Positions 1 to 6,730 of a stretch of DNA of 11,163 nucleotides are shown piece by piece. The stretch is from Candidatus Hodarchaeota archaeon (GTDB lineage Archaea > Asgardarchaeota > Heimdallarchaeia > Hodarchaeales > Hodarchaeaceae). Each line of letters begins with the position of its first letter. The first letter of the stretch is position 1. Below the pieces are notes generated by a model. It was not told the origin of the DNA. It was given only the letters and a program-made list of their open reading frames with translations, and searched no databases. The stretch is taken from NCBI GenBank assembly GCA_016840035.1, contig JAEOTC010000170.1, forward strand, positions 1 through 11,163. Reading direction: 5' to 3'. A program made the translations under genes and the position numbers.

Positions 1-1766
1 GTTTCAACTGGTTTAAGATGTTCTAGCAATGTTGCATCTTCATTAAAGGATACCAAACCCACCTGTGTGATGTTATAATAAGAGTTAACAAATAATCGAG
101 CCGCAGCTTGAGCAGCATCCATTTTTTCGTTAACAGACATACTCCCAGATTTGTCAAGAACAAGAACATTATCTGTTACTCGGAGATCGTACAGAACAGC
201 TTCAATTTCCTGATCCATAGCACCTGCATAACGTACAGTAAGATTTTGAAAACCCCAAGAGGATTGTGCAGGTGCTTGGACTTCTAAGTAGTAATGACCG
301 AATACATCGGTACATGTTAGCACCTCTGCAGGCCACGCACCTACTTCTACAACAAAATCATCTTTCTGAATATTTGGTACTGGATCCCAGTTAGACATAA
401 CTTCAGTAACAATCAAGAACTTCCCAGGATTATAATAAGGGCCAACTACCGTATAGAGATTATCAAAACGATTCGTTGGGGAAAGAATGTTTACTTTGAG
501 GTCTGAACCTCCTGATGAAAAGGAGTAACGATATTGAACTGGATCAGGGCTGGATTTCCCTAGTGTAGAAACTATGAGAATCAATTCATCTCCAGGGTCT
601 ACTCGTACGGTTAGTTCATAGTGATTATGATTAGATAGGAAATAGTGGTCAATTAACTGGTTATTATTAACTTTCAACAAAGAGAAGTATAATTCTTCAT
701 GGGTAACTTGATTCACTTCTACAATTATGGGAGAATTCGGGCCACGAACTTGGGGTTTTACTCGATAATATTTAGGTGCCCATGAATACGGGATAAAATC
801 AAAATCCGTTTCTACCGCACCATAAGGAAGAATTTCGTCAATCTCCAATCGTACTGGAATATAAGGTCTTGGAGGTTGAATTTCGTCCATATACCGATAA
901 TAATTTAGATCAGAACCCCAGCTCAGATCTTTTGCAAAATTTGCTGTAACAAAACTCTTAAATATCTCCTCTATATCAAGGAAGGAGAATCCTAGTCGTT
1001 CCAACATTTTATTGAAAACATAAAACGCATCATTACAGCCCCCCGCTGATTGAGCAGCTTCCCAAAACTCATATATAGCATCCACTCCTCGTTCAGGTTC
1101 AGATTGAATTTGGCCAAGCTGTTCGGTCACATAGGTCCAAAAGAGCGCTGCATCATATGATCCATCAAATAAATTCCTGACTGGATTGATAAGATACCCA
1201 TTTACTTCACCCAAATAACCTGATTGATCTAGATCATCGCCAGTATCAACCAATGGATAGATCTTATCTTGAAACATTCGGGCTTGCCCCTCTGTCACCC
1301 AATCAGGTCCTTCATCTCCAGGATACATGTACTGAATAACATGCAAGTATTCATGAACCGCCACTGCTAACTGTTCAATATATGATGCACTTCGACCAAC
1401 ATCTGCATCTGGTACACCTAAATAGTAAGGATCGAAAGCCATCTGACCATGACCATGACTTATTCCTCCCTGGGCATTAATCCCAAGGTCTTCAATTCCA
1501 ATACGTGTTCGTTCATTCCTTTCGGGATTATCAAAATTAAACTGAAGCATTCGGGTCCGAACATCCTCCATAATGGTTCCCCAATCTTCAACTTGATCAA
1601 GGGTAACCTCGTATAATGGGAAGTTGGATCCTGGTGGGATGTAATGGATTTGAAAGTGGTTACCCGGAGGATAATAAATTTCCCAATTTAAGACACGCGC
1701 ATAGGATTGTATAAAGGGTAGTGTAATGACTAGTAAGCAAAAGTATATCGGTAACTTATTTCGCAT
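1..1766 (-). CDS. Large secreted protein, partial (>588 aa, continues past the left edge): signal peptide, gluzincin-type metallopeptidase domain, beta-rich region, von Willebrand factor A domain
   Basis: Manual translation from ATG at 1766 gives an open frame to the window edge; it is absent from the ORF track, probably because no stop lies in the window. The N-terminus MRNKLPIYFCLLVITLPFIQSYA is signal-peptide-like. HEYLH lies at 1355-1341 and is followed by PDWVTEGQA (Glu at 1292-1290, HExxH-x16-E). The vWA start DNVLVLDKSGSM (MIDAS DxSxS at 155-141) continues KMDAAQAAARLFVNS...QVGLVSFNEDA. AGGAG lies 8 nt upstream of the ATG. Confidence 0.9.
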   Translation of the reverse strand, partial: MRNKLPIYFCLLVITLPFIQSYARVLNWEIYYPPGNHFQIHYIPPGSNFPLYEVTLDQVEDWGTIMEDVRTRMLQFNFDNPERNERTRIGIEDLGINAQGGISHGHGQMAFDPYYLGVPDADVGRSASYIEQLAVAVHEYLHVIQYMYPGDEGPDWVTEGQARMFQDKIYPLVDTGDDLDQSGYLGEVNGYLINPVRNLFDGSYDAALFWTYVTEQLGQIQSEPERGVDAIYEFWEAAQSAGGCNDAFYVFNKMLERLGFSFLDIEEIFKSFVTANFAKDLSWGSDLNYYRYMDEIQPPRPYIPVRLEIDEILPYGAVETDFDFIPYSWAPKYYRVKPQVRGPNSPIIVEVNQVTHEELYFSLLKVNNNQLIDHYFLSNHNHYELTVRVDPGDELILIVSTLGKSSPDPVQYRYSFSSGGSDLKVNILSPTNRFDNLYTVVGPYYNPGKFLIVTEVMSNWDPVPNIQKDDFVVEVGAWPAEVLTCTDVFGHYYLEVQAPAQSSWGFQNLTVRYAGAMDQEIEAVLYDLRVTDNVLVLDKSGSMSVNEKMDAAQAAARLFVNSYYNITQVGLVSFNEDATLLEHLKPVE

Positions 1767-1774
1767 TGGAGTCG

Positions 1775-1779
1775 CTCCT
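1775..1779 (-). promoter_or_regulatory. Shine-Dalgarno (AGGAG) of the protease-vWA gene
   Basis: Minus strand reads cAGGAGcgactccaATG. Confidence 0.65.
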
Positions 1780-2225
1780 GTATTTTCGAGAATTATTGTT
1801 TCAGATATTCTGGTAAGAGACCTTAAATTTCTATCCAATTGAGAGGGAAAAAATTGACCAAAAGATAGGTTTTTACTTGTCTTCCTAGCTTCAAAGTAGG
1901 CTTTTTCAAGCATATCATGGTAAATGAGTTTATATTTGTCTGATATTTTCAGATCTCCTGGAATCCTGAATTTATGTTCTTTAATTTCTCATACAAATAA
2001 ATATTGATGCGCAGTAGATTTTACATATTTCCTGTTATATCTACATCAATTTAACTTACTCCACATGGAGATAAATGTGAGAACTAATTAGGTAAACCAA
2101 TATAAGGATCTTAAACTCAGACTATATTATCACTATAAATATGGTAAAAATATTCAAAAACAGAGAGCATTTACTATTCCAAACACGCAATTTTTTTCTT
2201 CTACTTAATATTAGAGGCCCCAAAG

Positions 2226-3434
2226 ATGGTAAATGATGCAGAAAATATTGAAAAATCACAAATTTCTTCCCTAAAAGATAGAATTTATTATATGGATAAT
2301 CTTCGGGTCTATTTAACAGTTCTAGTTATTCTGCACCATCTATCTGTCGGTTATGGAGGTTCGGGTGGATGGCCAATAAAAGAAATTGATTTTAATCCTA
2401 TTGATGATCTAACTATAATTTTATTAACGTTATTTAATGCTCTCAATCAGTCTTATTTCATGGCCGCTTTTTTCCTCTTAGCAGGTTACTTCACTCCACG
2501 ATCATTTGATAGAAAAGGCGATCTAAACTATCTCAAGGATAGGATAATCCGGTTAGGTTTTCCTCTGGTGATTTATGTGATATTCTTCTCTCCTTTAGTT
2601 GAGTTTATCGTCATTAATTTTGCATTAACGAAGCTAGGAAACTCTGAAGTCTTACTTGTTGATATTATCACTTATCGAATTGAGAATCTAGTCATCGGTG
2701 TGGATCATCTATGGTTTCTTCAAGCGTTGCTACTCTTTGCTATAGGATATGCAATCTATAAAGGATTTACAAACCAAGACGGTTCCAAGGAGAACATTTC
2801 TCCATTTTTTGACTCATTTCCCTCTGATAAAGTCATTCTCTTATCTATCGGTGTGCTAGCATTAATAACATTTAGTATTAGAACAATCTTCCTCATTGGT
2901 GAAACGTTCATCTTCAATTTTCAGTTTGCTCACTTCACACATTATCTATTCAGCTTTTGGGTTGGAATTCTAGCAAAGAATGGTAGATGGTTCGAGAATC
3001 TTCCCACTTCTCAAGCTAAACGCTGGTTGGGAGTTGCCATTCTCACAATTATTGTCTTACCTCTTATGTTAGTAGCTTTAGTAAACTTCAATGATCCTAG
3101 TTTTGATGCATTTATGGGTGGTCTGACTCTCGAATCATTCATTTATTCAATATGGGAATCATTCGCACTTCTAGCATTTTCCATCAGTCTTTTGTACATA
3201 TTTCAAACTAAATTTAATCGAAGTACTAAATTACTGAAAAACATGGCCGATAGCGCCTATACAGCATATATCATACATGCCTTAGTTATTATAATCATAA
3301 TGATTGCGCTTATCCCAATAACTTTACCTGCAATAATGAAATTCCTGATTGCTACGCTAATAGGAATACCTTCAATCTTCTTTCTTAGCCATTTCATTAG
3401 GAAAATTCCCTACTTCTCACGTGTACTGGGGTGA
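2226..3434 (+). CDS. Acyltransferase family 3 (OpgC/MdoC-like) polytopic membrane acyltransferase
   Basis: Motifs RIYYMDNLRVYLTVLVILHH, FMAAFFLLAGYF, KDRIIRLGFP, HLWFL and SAYTAYIIH, with about 10 hydrophobic segments. Confidence 0.88.
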   Translation: MVNDAENIEKSQISSLKDRIYYMDNLRVYLTVLVILHHLSVGYGGSGGWPIKEIDFNPIDDLTIILLTLFNALNQSYFMAAFFLLAGYFTPRSFDRKGDLNYLKDRIIRLGFPLVIYVIFFSPLVEFIVINFALTKLGNSEVLLVDIITYRIENLVIGVDHLWFLQALLLFAIGYAIYKGFTNQDGSKENISPFFDSFPSDKVILLSIGVLALITFSIRTIFLIGETFIFNFQFAHFTHYLFSFWVGILAKNGRWFENLPTSQAKRWLGVAILTIIVLPLMLVALVNFNDPSFDAFMGGLTLESFIYSIWESFALLAFSISLLYIFQTKFNRSTKLLKNMADSAYTAYIIHALVIIIIMIALIPITLPAIMKFLIATLIGIPSIFFLSHFIRKIPYFSRVLG

Positions 3435-3471
3435 CTAATGTTTAGGAAATCCAATTGATTCGGGAAGTTCA

Positions 3472-3483
3472 CAAAAGTTAAAT
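3472..3483 (+). promoter_or_regulatory. Putative archaeal BRE/TATA promoter for a leaderless PEMT-rbsK transcript
   Basis: CAAAAG-TTAAAT ends 22 nt before ATG 3506, and there is no SD before that ATG. Confidence 0.5.
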
Positions 3484-3505
3484 CGAAGACGAATATTTTT
3501 CCTTT

Positions 3506-4030
3506 ATGCTTTTCTTCTTTGGAGTTTTGCTGTTCATTCTTGTGAATATCGGTTATCATATTATTGTTTTAAATTTAGAATATGAAAAGAGGGTATTAAC
3601 TAAATTATTCAATGAAAAGGCTTTCAAAGTTCATGCGTTCGTATCAATGACCCTCTGGACTGTAACTGGCCTAATAATACTAGCTTTTCAATTATTAGAT
3701 CATCCTAATTTTCATAATTTCCCACCAATGTCCGCTATTGGAGGTATTTTCTTAGTTATTGGAATTTTTATTGGTTTAATGGGGTATCTAGCTCTAGGGC
3801 TAACTCGATCCCTTCATTATAACTTCTTCTTTGAAATGACAGAGAACGTGGTTAAAAGAGGTATCTACAAATATCTTGATAATCCCCAGTATGAAGGTTT
3901 ATTTTTCATCTTACTAGGATTTGCGTTTTTAACTGACTCTCTATATAACCTTATCATTTTCTTAGAGGTTCTTATCTTGATGGTTCTTCTTAAATACATC
4001 GAAGATAAACCCATAGATGTTTCACGGTGA
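3506..4030 (+). CDS. Phospholipid N-methyltransferase (PEMT/Opi3-like; PEMT/ICMT superfamily) membrane protein
   Basis: GIYKYLDNPQYEG matches the family motif G.Y...(R/D)(H/N)P.Y.G; also YLALGL, a C-terminal IED and about 4 TM segments. The N-terminal LEYEKRVLTKLF resembles Opi3/PEMT. Confidence 0.75.
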   Translation: MLFFFGVLLFILVNIGYHIIVLNLEYEKRVLTKLFNEKAFKVHAFVSMTLWTVTGLIILAFQLLDHPNFHNFPPMSAIGGIFLVIGIFIGLMGYLALGLTRSLHYNFFFEMTENVVKRGIYKYLDNPQYEGLFFILLGFAFLTDSLYNLIIFLEVLILMVLLKYIEDKPIDVSR

Positions 4031-4038
4031 GAAATTAG

Positions 4039-5001
4039 ATGAATCCAAAAGACCCCTATGTCCTCGTAATTGGCTCAAGTAATATGGATCTCAATATGTA
4101 TTCGAAAAGATTTCCCACACCTGGAGAAACCATTACAGGGGGAAAATTTAAGCAATCCTTCGGAGGGAAAGGGGCGAACCAAGCAGTGGCAGCCATTAGA
4201 TCGGGGAGTAAAACTGCATTTATTGGAAAAGTTGGTACCGACACATTTGGGAAACAAATGATTGATAACCTATCGAGTGAAGGTATAGACACTCGTTATG
4301 TAATAAAAGATCCAGATGAAGCGAGTGGTGTAGCTATGATATTAATAGATCCTGAGGGTCAAAATATGATTAGTGTTGCCCCAGGAGCTAATAAAAATTG
4401 GATACTAGAAGATTTAGACAATGCTGTGGAGCTTATAGAAGAAGCTTCTGTTGTAATATTTCAGATGGAAATTCCTTATGAAATCATTACGAATATAGTG
4501 CGTCTAACCTCCGAAAAAAATGTGATTTCCATTTTAAATCCTGCACCGTTTAAAGAAATTTCATTAGAACTCTTGAAAAACATAACCATTCTGACTCCCA
4601 ATGAGAATGAGCTTCTCAAATTATACTCCTCCTTAGGATTTAGTAATAATTCTAATAATTTTCTAGATAGCCTTCCAAAGATAGTAAATGATCTCCATAA
4701 ACGAGGGATAAATAGTCTTGTGGTCACATTGGGGAGTAATGGGTGTTATATATCTGATAGGAATACTAAGGAACAACTTCATATTCTTGGAATAAATGTT
4801 GATTCTGTAGATGCGGTTGGAGCAGGAGACTGCTTCAATGGCGTATTAGCCAGCAGAATATCCATTGGTGATTCTTTAGAAGTTGCAGCAAAATACGCAA
4901 ATGTTGCAGCTTCTATTGCAGTTACTAGAAAAGGTGCTCAAACCTCTATGCCTTTTTGGGAAAAGATTACTGGAAGATTTTCTGAAATTTATTGTAAGTA
5001 A
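4039..5001 (+). CDS. rbsK: Ribokinase (PfkB family)
   Basis: VIGSSNMDL, GGKGANQAVA, GKVGTDTFG, G.N.I.VAPGAN, LNPAP, PNENE, anion hole DAVGAGDCFNG, and AVTRKGAQTSMP. A GGTGA SD (4026-4030) overlaps the upstream TGA stop, suggesting co-transcription. Confidence 0.92.
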   Translation: MNPKDPYVLVIGSSNMDLNMYSKRFPTPGETITGGKFKQSFGGKGANQAVAAIRSGSKTAFIGKVGTDTFGKQMIDNLSSEGIDTRYVIKDPDEASGVAMILIDPEGQNMISVAPGANKNWILEDLDNAVELIEEASVVIFQMEIPYEIITNIVRLTSEKNVISILNPAPFKEISLELLKNITILTPNENELLKLYSSLGFSNNSNNFLDSLPKIVNDLHKRGINSLVVTLGSNGCYISDRNTKEQLHILGINVDSVDAVGAGDCFNGVLASRISIGDSLEVAAKYANVAASIAVTRKGAQTSMPFWEKITGRFSEIYCK

Positions 5002-5031
5002 TAGTACTTTCAGTAAACTCTCTTATATTTG

Positions 5032-5739
5032 TTAGATAAGACTCAAGATATATTCAAGAGGAAATTCTGTTTTTGTAGCAGAAGCGCCATGCCATTTCAT
5101 ACATCCAGAATAAAATAGAGGTACCGCATGAGATGGAATACCCATTTCCATAATGTAGGTATTTCCGAAAGCCAATTCTGGTACACATGCGACAGCTATG
5201 AGTCCGAAACTTCCGTATTTTTTCTTTAAATTTTGAAATACTTTTAAGAAAATAGGTTCTCTGAATCTGTTACCCATGGTGATGAAAACTTCAAAATCAT
5301 AGTCTTTACTCATTTGTGTTAATATCCAGGCATTATACTCCTTATCTTGCGTATCAACAATTCTATGCCAACCTAATTTAGTGCGTTTAACTTTTAATAA
5401 ATTGAAATGAGGACCGGTTAAACAACGGGGGAGAATAATAATTTTTTTCTCCATTTTATCAAATTCTCTTCTCCAAAATTGATTAGATTGATCAATAAGA
5501 AGCATATACAGTGCGTATTGCATCTTGCTTGTGTAAATCATCGGATTGCTATAATTGACATCCATGTCTTTTGATTTCAAGAGCTCTTGATATTCGGTCA
5601 GTTCTTCGAAAAACGACTCAAGAAGTGGTGAAACACTAGATTCAAACGCTTTTATAGCATTAGTTATGGTAAGGAGATAATTGTTTAAGGTGTGTGATTC
5701 AATATCTTCTTTCTTCATCTGGTATGGGAATTTGGACAC
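5032..5739 (-). CDS. DUF116-like protein (divergent, central Cys cluster absent)
   Basis: IIILPRCL ... LIAVACVPEL..G ... GIPSHAVPL..SGC matches the DUF116 pattern LPHCL / GVAC..DL / P...V.L...GC. The GTG start has an AGGTGA SD at 5749-5744. Confidence 0.65.
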   Translation of the reverse strand: MSKFPYQMKKEDIESHTLNNYLLTITNAIKAFESSVSPLLESFFEELTEYQELLKSKDMDVNYSNPMIYTSKMQYALYMLLIDQSNQFWRREFDKMEKKIIILPRCLTGPHFNLLKVKRTKLGWHRIVDTQDKEYNAWILTQMSKDYDFEVFITMGNRFREPIFLKVFQNLKKKYGSFGLIAVACVPELAFGNTYIMEMGIPSHAVPLFYSGCMKWHGASATKTEFPLEYILSLI

Positions 5740-5819
5740 AATCTCACCTGTAGAATACTTATCATGAGTATTTTCTTCAATACGAATTGAAGAAAGGCTT
5801 ATAAATCTATCTTCGCAAC

Positions 5820-5853
5820 AAAAAGTTTATTCCAAAGTTACACCATATAACTT
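5820..5853 (+). promoter_or_regulatory. Putative BRE/TATA (AAAAAG-TTTATT) followed by inverted repeat AAGTTA-N7-TAACTT upstream of the zinc-ribbon pair
   Basis: TATA-like box at 5826-5831; perfect 6-7-6 inverted repeat at 5835-5853. Confidence 0.4.
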
Positions 5854-5879
5854 GAGTACAAATGGAGAAATGAGAAAGT

Positions 5880-6206
5880 ATGTATTGCGATAATTGTGGG
5901 AGTGCGGTAGAGGATGATGCGGCATTCTGTCCGAAATGTGGTCAAAGCCTAGCTCCAGAAAAAATTCCTGGTGATGTTCCCCCTCCAAGTAGAACCTATA
6001 GGAGAAAAAAAAGTAGTGATAATCTATGTTTTGGAGAAGATAATGATAATCCATATTCCACAGGGATCTTCTTCATCTTTCTTGCGATTTTCTTTATGGT
6101 TATCTTTTTCTTTCCCGATGATTTTCCTGTAGAAGCGCTCTTAGTACTGGGTTTCTTGCTTTTCGGAATACTAGCAATTGTACAGGCTAGGAGACAGGGT
6201 AGATAA
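5880..6206 (+). CDS. Zinc-ribbon domain membrane protein (2 TM), paralog A
   Basis: N-terminal CDNCG...FCPKCG, a Pro/basic linker, LCFGEDND, two hydrophobic helices and a basic tail RRQGR. Confidence 0.85.
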   Translation: MYCDNCGSAVEDDAAFCPKCGQSLAPEKIPGDVPPPSRTYRRKKSSDNLCFGEDNDNPYSTGIFFIFLAIFFMVIFFFPDDFPVEALLVLGFLLFGILAIVQARRQGR

Positions 6207-6219
6207 GGAGGATATATTC

Positions 6220-6699
6220 ATGAATTGTGAGAAATGTGGAAATATGAATGAAGCGGATGCCCGATTCTGTAGACATTGTGGGGAAGAACTTGGTTTGCCT
6301 GTTAAAAAAGGTAAAGCCTTTGTTTCCGATTCAAAGCGGTCAGAAAGTTTTCTTTGTTTTGGAGATGATGATGAATGGACCGATTACCACACTCGAATGA
6401 CGCTTGGAATTGTCTTTATCTTCGTAGCCATTTTAATGACTCTTGCTATGGTTGGGTTTTTTGAGAACTTTGGTAATGCCGTCGGGAACTTCTTTGGAGA
6501 TTTTGGGGAGAATATGGGCCAAATTGGAGAGGATATCGGAGCATTCTTCAGTAACTGGGGCACTAATTTTGGTACCGCAGTGGAAAATTTCTTTGGCGGA
6601 GTTACGTGGTGGCAGATCATTCAGCCTTTGATGGTATTAGTTTTTCTCTTAGTAGGAATCATCTTACTCTACCGAGGCTATCGAGAACAGAATAGATAA
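6220..6699 (+). CDS. Zinc-ribbon domain membrane protein (2 TM) with 11-mer amphipathic repeat loop, paralog B
   Basis: The start is reassigned from 6178 to ATG 6220 because AAGGAGG (6205-6211) overlaps the paralog A stop and MNCEKCG aligns with MYCDNCG. It carries CEKCG...FCRHCG, LCFGDDDE, TM1, a repeat loop, TM2 and a basic tail. Confidence 0.85.
   Translation: MNCEKCGNMNEADARFCRHCGEELGLPVKKGKAFVSDSKRSESFLCFGDDDEWTDYHTRMTLGIVFIFVAILMTLAMVGFFENFGNAVGNFFGDFGENMGQIGEDIGAFFSNWGTNFGTAVENFFGGVTWWQIIQPLMVLVFLLVGIILLYRGYREQNR
6466..6597 (+). repeat. Four tandem 11-aa (33-nt) repeats in paralog B
   Basis: NFGNAVGNFFG / DFGENMGQIGE / DIGAFFSNWGT / NFGTAVENFFG. Units 1 and 4 share 9 of 11 residues and start exactly 99 nt apart (6466 and 6565). 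Confidence 0.8.
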
Positions 6700-6704
6700 A
6701 GATA

Positions 6705-6730
6705 TTCTTCTTCTTTCCCTTTTTTAAGGG
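6705..6730 (+). terminator. Pyrimidine/oligo-T tract at the convergent junction, putative terminator
   Basis: ttcttcttctttccctttttt directly follows the paralog B stop; the mini-hairpin CCCTT-tttt-AAGGG (6717-6730) overlaps the radical SAM stop. Confidence 0.4.

Noticed and set aside
2141-2236. 31-aa upstream ORF (MVKIFKNREH...) overlapping the acyltransferase start, and recurring ATGGTAAA at 1917, 2141 and 2226
   Set aside because: There is no SD or leader-peptide signature, and short AT-rich matches are expected by chance.
3432-4030. Selenocysteine readthrough at the TGA stops (3432-3434 and 4028-4030)
   Set aside because: Both stops fall at natural protein ends, with no Cys-equivalent position and no convincing SECIS-like hairpin.
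4056-4727. Short ORFs 4056-4292(-), 4070-4261(+), 4075-4257(-) and 4476-4727(-)
   Set aside because: They lie wholly inside the well-supported ribokinase gene, have no motifs or SD, and are shadow frames.
6178-6219. N-terminal extension of paralog B given by the ORF track
   Set aside because: It overlaps paralog A, and the strong SD plus paralog alignment place the start at 6220.
5827-6631. ORFs 5827-6054(-), 6384-6620(-) and 6443-6631(+)
   Set aside because: They overlap the zinc-ribbon genes. The His- or Pro/Lys-rich composition is just the antisense reading of GAT/TTT/GGA codons.
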